From the IMG/VR virus record IMGVR_UViG_3300032770_000001, positions 391,709 to 455,708 of that record: 64,000 nucleotides of DNA; one strand, 5' to 3'. This document shows, piece after piece, positions 18,005 through 26,004 of the stretch. The notes beneath the pieces were generated by a model. It had not been told where the DNA came from. It made no database searches and worked only from the letters and a program-made list of their open reading frames with translations. Position numbers and translations under genes: made by a program. Each line of letters begins with the position of its first letter. Position 1 is the first letter of the stretch.

Positions 18005-18702
18005 TTCCATCCCCTTCCGATATCGTATTCGACTCCATCGATCCTGATGACCTTCGGCTTGCCGCCAGAAGTCACCGCCGTGCGGTCGTATTTAGGCAAC
18101 AGTCCAAGCCAAACCATGGCGTAGCACCACTCCCACCAAATCTCGATCATGCCGTCCGCGCTCTCGATGACCATCATTTCATCGTTCACGACCTGCAATT
18201 CGTTCGCGTCCGGCTTGACCCGGTCTTTCATCTTCCGAATGGCTGAACGCAGGTACGCCACATCGATGCGTTCCGAGGCGTCGATGGGAAGTTCGTCCTG
18301 TTCGCAGACATCCTCCAGAACGTCCGCCCGGTGCTCCAGTTCCTCGATGATCGTTTCGGAGACATACGCGGTCGAGAGTCGCCGTGGCTTGCGGGGACAG
18401 TCGTCCTTGTGCGCCCGGTTGAACTCGCAGATTTCAATGTTGCAGATGCACGACTCCGTCGCACTGATCTTAGGCTGAAACCAGACACCCGGCTCCGGCG
18501 TAATACCGTTCATGTCCTTACCCCAACAGCCTTCGTTGTAGTAAGTGTTGAGTTCGTGCAGGTTCATCCTGCCGCTGCTATACCCGGCTTGATTGATGAG
18601 CTTGACCGCTTGCGTCTTGGTCTCGGCGCACACGAAGATGTGTCCGTCCAGCTTCCAGAAGTCGCCGCGACCGTTCCAGATTTTGAGCGCCCTCTTACCC
18701 AT
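18001..18702 (-). CDS. Early hypothetical protein (two-domain)
   Basis: Start MGKRALKIWNGRG at 18702. Confidence 0.7.
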   Translation of the reverse strand: MGKRALKIWNGRGDFWKLDGHIFVCAETKTQAVKLINQAGYSSGRMNLHELNTYYNEGCWGKDMNGITPEPGVWFQPKISATESCICNIEICEFNRAHKDDCPRKPRRLSTAYVSETIIEELEHRADVLEDVCEQDELPIDASERIDVAYLRSAIRKMKDRVKPDANELQVVNDEMMVIESADGMIEIWWEWCYAMVWLGLLPKYDRTAVTSGGKPKVIRIDGVEYDIGRGWK

Positions 18703-19156
18703 TGAGCACCACCTTGAGTTCCGCACGCTTCGCGGCAAGCTGCTTCTCCAGCTTCTCGATATCTTCCTCGATCCGCTGCGCCTTGTTGTTGCGGTCGGCA
18801 GTCTTGCCAGCCTCCCGGAGTTCCGGGTGCTCACTCATGAACTTGTTCACTGCTGGAACCCACGCGGCGAGAACCGCCTTACGCTGCGCGTCGGTCGCGG
18901 AGTTGCCGAAGGAACCCTCTTTGTTGATGTAGAGCGAGTTCCACGTCATGCCGCTGGAGTCCTTCGAGGGCTCGAAGCCGTTGCCGTAGTCGTTGACATG
19001 GAGAGAGCCGCTGATCTGCTTGCCCCGGACGATGCACTTCTCGCCGTCCGGCGTGCTGATGTAGATGTGGTTGAAGTCGGTGATCGCGAGAACCACCGCA
19101 CCGATGGCGGTCTCAACTCGAACCTTGTCGGGATACTGCTTCCATTCTCTGCTCAT
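18695..19156 (-). CDS. Early hypothetical protein with C-terminal coiled coil
   Basis: Start MSREWK, ATGA overlap, GGAG RBS. Confidence 0.7.
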   Translation of the reverse strand: MSREWKQYPDKVRVETAIGAVVLAITDFNHIYISTPDGEKCIVRGKQISGSLHVNDYGNGFEPSKDSSGMTWNSLYINKEGSFGNSATDAQRKAVLAAWVPAVNKFMSEHPELREAGKTADRNNKAQRIEEDIEKLEKQLAAKRAELKVVLNG

Positions 19157-19395
19157 TTGGACTCCAGTGATTCTTCGGAGATCACGTTCTCGGCGGCGAA
19201 GCGGCAGTGCCAGCACGACATCTTGCTGCCCATTTCGTAGTGGAAAATCTGGTTGAAGGTGCCCGTGTGACCGCAGGGCGAGAAGGTGATGTAGGTGCCG
19301 TCCGTCTGCTCGTTGATCGCGACGACCTCGCGCTCCGGGCCGGACGAGTTCCTCAGGTTGACCCGCATGTTCCGGTCATAATCGATAACGATCAT
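19153..19395 (-). CDS. Small Zn-binding early protein (CGH...CWHC)
   Basis: First gene behind leaderless promoter copy 3. Confidence 0.75.
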   Translation of the reverse strand: MIVIDYDRNMRVNLRNSSGPEREVVAINEQTDGTYITFSPCGHTGTFNQIFHYEMGSKMSCWHCRFAAENVISEESLESK

Positions 19396-19440
19396 GCCTA
19401 TATTCTACCAGCTAAGGGTCTGAAAAAGGTAGGATTTTAG
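19393..19440 (-). promoter_or_regulatory. Early leaderless promoter, copy 3
   Basis: Exact 19-bp repeat; upstream AAAATCCTACCTTTTTC nearly identical to copy 1. Confidence 0.85.
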
Positions 19441-19475
19441 AGGTATATTTGTATTATAATCAACAGTTTGGGGAT

Positions 19476-19504
19476 GAAATAAAGGCGGGGCTATCAACCC
19501 CGCC
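19476..19504 (-). terminator. Rho-independent terminator (second of a tandem pair)
   Basis: ggcggggtt-gat-agccccgcc followed by tttatttc. Confidence 0.75.
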
Positions 19505-19545
19505 CCCTGTTTTGCTGCATTTCACATGCAGTCCTCCGATAGCTC

Positions 19546-19573
19546 AAGAAAAGGGAGGCGATGAACGCCTCCC
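19546..19573 (-). terminator. Rho-independent terminator (first of a tandem pair)
   Basis: gggaggcg-ttcat-cgcctccc followed by ttttctt. Confidence 0.8.
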
Positions 19574-19600
19574 CAGTTCCTCGTACACGTGGTACGTGAA

Positions 19601-19828
19601 TTACGCGACTGGATCAGTCGGTGCGCGGCGAGCGCCTTGACGCTTCGGACGCGGACCGCCTTTGCCGAGAACGTAGTTGACAAAGGTGTTGATGTCGAAA
19701 CGCGGATTCTCCGCACTCAACGGTTGTGCAATGCGACGTGCAAATTGTTCCATCTGCTCAGGCGAGAGACCCGATTCCTTGATCGCATCTGCGATCATGA
19801 TGTAGTCCTTACGGCTCAGGGCAACTTT
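19601..19828 (-). CDS. SRKDY...ENPRFD module, probably the +1-frame C-terminal extension of 19830..20594
   Basis: The frame reads KVA-LSRKDYIMIADAI...; the recognisable SRKDY lies upstream of the first ATG, which has no obvious RBS. Confidence 0.6.
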   Translation of the reverse strand, partial: KVALSRKDYIMIADAIKESGLSPEQMEQFARRIAQPLSAENPRFDINTFVNYVLGKGGPRPKRQGARRAPTDPVA

Positions 19829-19829
19829 G

Positions 19830-20594
19830 CTAAAGACTCCCGGAGGCTGATTTCGCGCCTGCGGGGGTAACCTTTGCAGAAGATTTGTTCACTTCACTAA
19901 CACCCTCAGCACGCGGAATTTCGAGCTTACTCGGAGCCTTCGGTTGTCCGGCTGCGTCACGATCAGTGACGTATGCGTCGGAGCCAACGGCGGCTTCTTT
20001 TTCTTCAGGTTTCTCTTCCTTGTCTTCGGATTCGGACTTGTCCTCGGACTCGGATTTTTCTTCCTTCCCCTTCTCGAACGAGGGCTTTTCGTCAATCGGA
20101 GATTCCTGCGACTCTTCGCCCTTTTCCTCACCAAGCTCAAGCTCAGCCTTGCCTTCGTCAGTGAATGCTTGTTCGGCTGGGGTTGCGCCCAGATCGACAC
20201 CGAGAACCTCGGCTGCCATCTCGATAGCGGCTGCCTGCTCATCCAGTGCCTTGTAGGACTGACGGAGGGCGTCTGCCAGCATGTCCGGCTTTTCGTCGGC
20301 AGTCTGACGGAATCCCTTGGCGTAGTTACGGGCGGCGGCGACACGAACCTTTGCCGGAGCATCGGCGGCGGCACGGACGAGACCGAGATTGGTCTGGAGA
20401 CCTTCCATCCAGTCAGCCTGACGTGCGGACTTCTCTACCAGAGAAGCCAGAATCTTCTCAAATTTCTGCGGGTTCTTGGCAGCGGCACGCATCTTCTCGT
20501 ACTTCGCCGCCTCTTCCGCTTTACGGGCTTCCTTACGGGCTACGATAGCCTCACGGAGCGCCTTGCGGTCGATTGCTTTCTTTTCCTTTGCCAT
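19830..20594 (-). CDS. K-x-A-containing putative head/core protein
   Basis: 254 aa, GGAGG RBS, late promoter; RVAAA, KEAAV, KSAS; shares the TDRDxxGQPKAP module with 48685..50214. Confidence 0.85.
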   Translation of the reverse strand: MAKEKKAIDRKALREAIVARKEARKAEEAAKYEKMRAAAKNPQKFEKILASLVEKSARQADWMEGLQTNLGLVRAAADAPAKVRVAAARNYAKGFRQTADEKPDMLADALRQSYKALDEQAAAIEMAAEVLGVDLGATPAEQAFTDEGKAELELGEEKGEESQESPIDEKPSFEKGKEEKSESEDKSESEDKEEKPEEKEAAVGSDAYVTDRDAAGQPKAPSKLEIPRAEGVSEVNKSSAKVTPAGAKSASGSL

Positions 20595-20606
20595 GTTTCC
20601 TCCACC

Positions 20607-20627
20607 CTATTAAAGGGGTCAAAAAGT
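20607..20627 (-). promoter_or_regulatory. Putative late promoter (ACTTT-N13-TAG)
   Basis: Bipartite motif upstream of 20594. Confidence 0.55.
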
Positions 20628-20634
20628 TCAGTTG

Positions 20635-23600
20635 TTAGGCGACTTTCAGCCCGTCGCCCTGAATACCTGCAACAATATCTTGAATATAGCGGTGCTCGAC
20701 AACCACAGAGTCGCCCCAGTATGTTACCCCGCTTTCAGGGTTAGGCTCGCCGCTGCTGTAGCTTGAGTCGAGGTTTTCGATGATCCAGTCCTCAGCCGCC
20801 GCCGTCATTGGGGTCAACAGGAAGATGCCGCCCTCGTTGCGAACTTCAAAATCCGGCCCCTCGTAGGGAGCACCTTGTGGGGTGTACTGCGGCTTATCCG
20901 CCTTTTTCTTACGACCACGTGCGCCGGGGTGACCGCTTGACTTCTTGCTGCTGGTCAGCGGAAGTGCCTGCTGATTCGGATCGGGAGCAGGTGCTTCCGG
21001 TTGCTCTTCCTCGTACAGGTTGCCGCCGTACTGCATGAAAACCTCGTGCCCCTGCTTGAGTTCCTCGACCATATCTTCGATCTGGTAACGCTCGTGCCAG
21101 TACAGATTGCCGTTCGGATCAGCGAAGATTTCACCGGAGGTCAGAGCCCCGATGTCGGCGGGATTGACATTCTCCCAGCCGTTGGTGAAGAAGTCTTCCA
21201 TGAGTTCCCAGATGCTCTGGTACGTCTGCGCATCTTGCGGTCCACCCTGAGCAACTTCCTGAAGCAACTGTGCAGTCGGCTTCAGTTTGATGCCGCCCTT
21301 ACCGTAGAGGACATCGACGTAGGTGCCTTTGTCTTCGCCCTTGGTCGGCGTGCGTGCTTCCTGCGCATCCACTTTGTTCTGCTCGTCCTGCTGTTTCAAC
21401 TCATCAAGCGTCACAGCCGTTTTCTTTGATGCGACAGCGGAGTTCGGAACGTAACCGACTTCCGGCTGTTTTGGCTTCAGACCGAGTTGGTCTGGAGTCT
21501 TCGGATTGCCACGCTGCTTCATGTTGAGAATTGCTGGATTTGCCGCTTCCTTGTCAGATGCGATCACTTCACCTTCCTCGTCATCATCATCGAACGGGAC
21601 GTAGCCATCATAATCGGAACGCTCCGGATAGAATGCTGCCCATTCCGCCAATGCTTCAGCGTTGCCGCGACCGGATTCCTTGAAGCGAGCGATCATCTCG
21701 TTCAGATACTCATAGCCATGCGTGGTCAGCGGGTTCTTTAGGAACTCACCGCAGCCTGCGCAGTTCTGCGGACTGTCGGACTCTTGATCGAAGAACGGAC
21801 CTTTCGGATAGTTGTCGGAGTCATAGCTTGACTCGTCTTCCGGGTTCTCCGGGCCTTCGCCGTTCGCGTCGATTCTCTGCGCGATTTTTATAGCGCAGTC
21901 TTCGCACCACACGTCAGCGGCGTAGATGTATTCACCGTCGTTAGAACCACGGATACCACTGTCGGCACCGGGCTCGAATGCTTCTTTTTCCATTGTGCCC
22001 TCTTTCACTTGCTCGTTCTTAAATGTCACGAAACGGTGACGCCCACCGTGCAGAGAAGTTCCGCAGCAATCGCAAGGACGTTTCGAAAACTCATCGATGC
22101 CTTCGCCCGTCTCGCTGTCGAAGTCAGGAACCAGCCAACCCAATCTCTGGATGCCTGCCTGAATCTGCTCCATGCGCTTGTTAGCCTCTTCGCCCTGATA
22201 GTAATAATCAAGGCCGGAGTAGTCATCGTTCACTGCCGCTTGCAGACAGTCGTCGCACAACCACAAATTGTCCTGCTCAATTTCAGCGGCAGTTTTGTTT
22301 GCCTGAATGCCCATGTCTTTCAACATCTGCTTCTCTTCGTCCGTGGGGTTGTATTCCTTCTCGTGCCCGTGGAACTCTTCGATACCCGCAGGCTCTTCCA
22401 ATTCTACGTCACCGGGGGTGATGTAGTCCGCGAGGCTCTGCAACTCAGCCAGTTCCGCATAGCTAATGCGCTCGGCACGAAGTTGGCTACGGAGATATTC
22501 CAGACGCTCCTGAATTTCCTCTGGCTCCAACTCGTCCTCGTCCTCATCAATCCATGCCTTCTTGCTCGATGCTTCCTTGGAGCAAGTGCCGCAGTACCAC
22601 TTGTTGCCGATCTCGTGGCTGCCTTCGTCTACGTCAGATGAATCGAACACCTTACCGCAGCCAGCACATTCAACTTCGCGTGAAGAGGTCTTGTCGCTGC
22701 TTTCGACCGCATCCAGTCCCTCATCCACATGACGATCCATGCAGGATTCGTCGCCAGACTCAATCTCTTCGAGGTCGAGACCTTCGATGCTTTGCCCACC
22801 CTCGGCATCGACCACCGACCAAATCGCACCACACGGTCCGCACGTAACCCACCACTGTCCGTGCTCGAACGCAGGCACGCAACCTTCGTGAATCTCAGTG
22901 AGAGGGTGAGACGCGATTAGACGCTCTACTTCCATCTCCATTTCCGGAGTGTTCTGCTCCGTTTTCAACGCTGCTTTCTTCATGGTGCCCTCTTCTGACG
23001 ACATGTGGAATTTCTTGTTGGGAAGCTCCGGTGGGACGGTCTTCCGCTTCAGCCCTTCGTTTTCTTTCTCCTGTGGCAGCACAGCCATCGGTGCCCCCGG
23101 CTGTCCGGGGATCGGCTGCACTACCGGATTTGGTTCCGCTGTGGGTGCTTGCGGTTGCGCTGCTGGTGCCTGAACCGGAGCCGGAGCCGCCGCCACAGTC
23201 ATGGAAACAACCTTCTCACCCGGCTTGAGCTTCTTGGTAACGGCTTTCTCCGCTCCCTGATAATCGTTGCCGCCTACGGTTTCTTCACGCTGATTGCCTT
23301 TGGTGTCACGCAGGGTGACCTTCCACTTGGCTTCCTTCAACATCTTGATACCGTGATTGCGATTGACACTGTGCTCATTCGCGGTGTCTTCAGTCGTGCC
23401 CCATACCGGACAATTGCGGCACTGCCACATCTTCTCCGGAACGGTGACGCCCTTGAGAGCGTCCGGGTTGCGAGCTAACAACTTGTCCAAACGTCCAGCC
23501 GTCTTGCTTGCACCCTTCATTTTCTTATAAGCTTCGAATTTCTGATCCTGCGGTACACCCGGCATGTGTTCTCCACCACCACGACAAGGGCGTAAATTGC

Positions 23601-25683
23601 AGGTTACACATTCCAGACAACGAGGGCAATACAGATGCGTGCGCTCTTGCTCATCATAGTCCGGTTCCTCAGGCATGTCGGCAGGCAAGAGGTTCTCCGC
23701 AAATTCTGCGGTCTTTGACGCTTGCTTGAGCTTCGAATAACGTTCCCGCATCTGTGCTAATGTCTTTTCGTCGAAACGGATGATGTCGGCATTGCGCTTC
23801 AGACCCTCTTCAGAGCCAAATCCGCCAGTCACCAACTTCTCCTCATCGTTCACGAAATGGTAGGAACCGTCGTTGAGCTTCTCAACTTTCCACTTGGGGT
23901 CATCGAGTTTGATGCCAACGGTCTTCGGCCCGGCGGGTTTCTTGCCGCCATGAATGTATTGCTCGTAATAAGCATCGTGCTCTTCAGCACTGATTTTGCC
24001 AGCATAGCGCAATGCGTCAATCACGCCAGCGATGTAGTTGTAGGCGTTTGAATTCTTTGCTGAGTCATCCCAGATTTTCGTCAGGAAGGTGCCGACATCC
24101 AAACCACGGAGGCTATCCTTCAACTCGGCGACTTTAACTGCTCCGGCATGATAACTGCCTTGCGTGCGTCCATGCGGTGGACGCCCGGTGTCGCCTTCAG
24201 TGATCTGTGGCTGAATGCCATCATAGAATTGATCGCCGCCCTCAGCGCCGTCTTTCTTCTTAGGTTCGGTCTTCTTCATCAACTCCACGGTTTTGTCGAA
24301 GTTTTCGCTGTAGACCGGGCAATCGATGCGGTGCCGTCCATGATAGCCGCCGCAGCACTTTGAAGTGTCAATCGTCGGAACCGAAGTATCGGCAGCTTCT
24401 TTGCAAATGCAATTTTCCTTCACCCGGTCACACGCATCACAGTACGGCACACCAGCAGGCGGGTGAATATCCCGCTCAGTCTGAACCGCAGCCGCTTTCG
24501 GATCATTGATGCCGGGGACGATACCGTGTTCCCAATTCTTGCCACAGTCATTGCACTTGGCAGTCTCGAAGTCGGTCGGCATGAGCCCGTAGTCTGAGGA
24601 GCCGCAGTGTGGGCACTTCGGTTTAGCCGATGCCGTGGCGTGTACTTTCGCCTGCGGTTCTTTCATCTGAGTGATGAGATTGATAAGTTGGTATCCAGTC
24701 TCTTCGCCACGAGGCAACTGTCCTTCGGTCGCAAACTCTTCAAGTAGACCGGGCAGTTCCGAGTAGTAACGCTTCAATGAGTCCTGACCGAGGTTGGTGA
24801 CTTTCAGCCAGTCCTGTACCAGATCGCTCACCGTAATCTTGGCTTCCCCAGTGCTCTCCTGTGCGTGCTTCCAGAACAGTAAGAGAACGATCATGTTGTA
24901 CTTGGCAGCCGTGCGGGATACCTTGGTTGGGAGCCATGCGGCGAATCGCTTCGCTACGTTCTTGAATTCCTGCTCGGATTCAAACTCAGTGTGCGGCGAT
25001 GGAGCATTCAACTGCTGACTGTCGATCAAACTATAAGTTTCGTCCTCCTCGTGCTTGCCGCCAGCAGGCTGCTCGCCGGAGACTTCCTCCGGATGCTGCA
25101 CCTGACGGATATAGCTCTTGGCACGCTCGATGCGGAAGGTAAACTGCTTCTTCAGGAATTCCGTAATCTGTTCGGCCACTGGGAGCTTCTTGACGCCAGC
25201 GGGAAAGTTCTTGATGGCTCGCGGAAAGTCCTGCATCGCCTTGCCGTGCTGGAGCACGTAAAGGATGACGTGATAGATCGCCTCATCCTTCAGTTCGAAG
25301 TCGAGGGTTGTGGATGTGAGTGAGGGAACGAAGACTGTCTGAAACCACTTCGACCAATCCATCTTGGGATCGACCGGATATCCCGCCTGCTCAATGTAGG
25401 ACTTGACGAACTTGTCGAAATCCTTGTTGTAGGCGAAGACGTAGCGGATTCGTGACGCAATACGCGCCTGACCCGGTGAGATCGGGTGGAAATTGGCTGG
25501 GGTCTGAACAGGCTTCCCGGTGTACGGGTCGGCCAACCTGAAGGCGTAGCCGTCCGGTCCGGCGACTTTAGACACCACCCGGTAGGCGGAACCATCGAGA
25601 GTATCGACAATTTGCCCCGGCGCGATAAGGCGGGAAAACTTGGTCAGGTTCGCCGCTGGTACTCGTACAGCGTCCTGAGGCAT
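20635..25683 (-). CDS. 1682-aa modular polyprotein: sigma-like N-terminal domain plus more than 15 K-x-A-delimited modules
   Basis: Linkers KAAA, KEAA, KVA, KQASKTA, KGASKTA, KEA, KKAA, KEASSKKA, KTAA, KKTA, KKKA separate Zn-finger and acidic modules. Confidence 0.9.
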   Translation of the reverse strand: MPQDAVRVPAANLTKFSRLIAPGQIVDTLDGSAYRVVSKVAGPDGYAFRLADPYTGKPVQTPANFHPISPGQARIASRIRYVFAYNKDFDKFVKSYIEQAGYPVDPKMDWSKWFQTVFVPSLTSTTLDFELKDEAIYHVILYVLQHGKAMQDFPRAIKNFPAGVKKLPVAEQITEFLKKQFTFRIERAKSYIRQVQHPEEVSGEQPAGGKHEEDETYSLIDSQQLNAPSPHTEFESEQEFKNVAKRFAAWLPTKVSRTAAKYNMIVLLLFWKHAQESTGEAKITVSDLVQDWLKVTNLGQDSLKRYYSELPGLLEEFATEGQLPRGEETGYQLINLITQMKEPQAKVHATASAKPKCPHCGSSDYGLMPTDFETAKCNDCGKNWEHGIVPGINDPKAAAVQTERDIHPPAGVPYCDACDRVKENCICKEAADTSVPTIDTSKCCGGYHGRHRIDCPVYSENFDKTVELMKKTEPKKKDGAEGGDQFYDGIQPQITEGDTGRPPHGRTQGSYHAGAVKVAELKDSLRGLDVGTFLTKIWDDSAKNSNAYNYIAGVIDALRYAGKISAEEHDAYYEQYIHGGKKPAGPKTVGIKLDDPKWKVEKLNDGSYHFVNDEEKLVTGGFGSEEGLKRNADIIRFDEKTLAQMRERYSKLKQASKTAEFAENLLPADMPEEPDYDEQERTHLYCPRCLECVTCNLRPCRGGGEHMPGVPQDQKFEAYKKMKGASKTAGRLDKLLARNPDALKGVTVPEKMWQCRNCPVWGTTEDTANEHSVNRNHGIKMLKEAKWKVTLRDTKGNQREETVGGNDYQGAEKAVTKKLKPGEKVVSMTVAAAPAPVQAPAAQPQAPTAEPNPVVQPIPGQPGAPMAVLPQEKENEGLKRKTVPPELPNKKFHMSSEEGTMKKAALKTEQNTPEMEMEVERLIASHPLTEIHEGCVPAFEHGQWWVTCGPCGAIWSVVDAEGGQSIEGLDLEEIESGDESCMDRHVDEGLDAVESSDKTSSREVECAGCGKVFDSSDVDEGSHEIGNKWYCGTCSKEASSKKAWIDEDEDELEPEEIQERLEYLRSQLRAERISYAELAELQSLADYITPGDVELEEPAGIEEFHGHEKEYNPTDEEKQMLKDMGIQANKTAAEIEQDNLWLCDDCLQAAVNDDYSGLDYYYQGEEANKRMEQIQAGIQRLGWLVPDFDSETGEGIDEFSKRPCDCCGTSLHGGRHRFVTFKNEQVKEGTMEKEAFEPGADSGIRGSNDGEYIYAADVWCEDCAIKIAQRIDANGEGPENPEDESSYDSDNYPKGPFFDQESDSPQNCAGCGEFLKNPLTTHGYEYLNEMIARFKESGRGNAEALAEWAAFYPERSDYDGYVPFDDDDEEGEVIASDKEAANPAILNMKQRGNPKTPDQLGLKPKQPEVGYVPNSAVASKKTAVTLDELKQQDEQNKVDAQEARTPTKGEDKGTYVDVLYGKGGIKLKPTAQLLQEVAQGGPQDAQTYQSIWELMEDFFTNGWENVNPADIGALTSGEIFADPNGNLYWHERYQIEDMVEELKQGHEVFMQYGGNLYEEEQPEAPAPDPNQQALPLTSSKKSSGHPGARGRKKKADKPQYTPQGAPYEGPDFEVRNEGGIFLLTPMTAAAEDWIIENLDSSYSSGEPNPESGVTYWGDSVVVEHRYIQDIVAGIQGDGLKVA

Positions 25684-25695
25684 GTTCTTCCGTCC

Positions 25696-25926
25696 TTAGT
25701 CGATGTGGATGTCGTTCGGGTCGCCTTCGGTCTTCTCGTCTTCCTTCATGATCTGCTCAAGGGTCTTGAGGTACTCTTCGTGATCCTCAAAAGCCTGCGG
25801 GTCATGCGGAGCGCCCTTTTCGTCCTTGATCGTGGACTGAGCTTTCTTCAGTCCAAGGCGGTCAAGCTCGCCTGCGTACAGGCGGTTCATTGCGGATGAC
25901 TCTGCTGCTGCGAATTTCTTTGCCAT
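25696..25926 (-). CDS. Small putative head protein
   Basis: 76 aa, AGGAG RBS; KKFAAA, KKAQ. Confidence 0.75.
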   Translation of the reverse strand: MAKKFAAAESSAMNRLYAGELDRLGLKKAQSTIKDEKGAPHDPQAFEDHEEYLKTLEQIMKEDEKTEGDPNDIHID

Positions 25927-25960
25927 TTGTTATCTCCTAGCTAGGGAAAGCGGAAAACCG

Positions 25961-25982
25961 CTCTATACTTGAATACCGTAGT
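25961..25982 (-). promoter_or_regulatory. Putative late promoter (ACTAC-N12-TAGAG)
   Basis: Would drive 25926 and the 1682-aa polyprotein. Confidence 0.6.
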
Positions 25983-26004
25983 AAGGATTTGTGTTCACAA
26001 CCGT

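Noticed and set aside
13532-19411. 19-bp exact repeat as CRISPR repeat or att site
   Set aside because: Copies are kilobases apart and each includes a -10 box plus start codon, so a promoter explains them.
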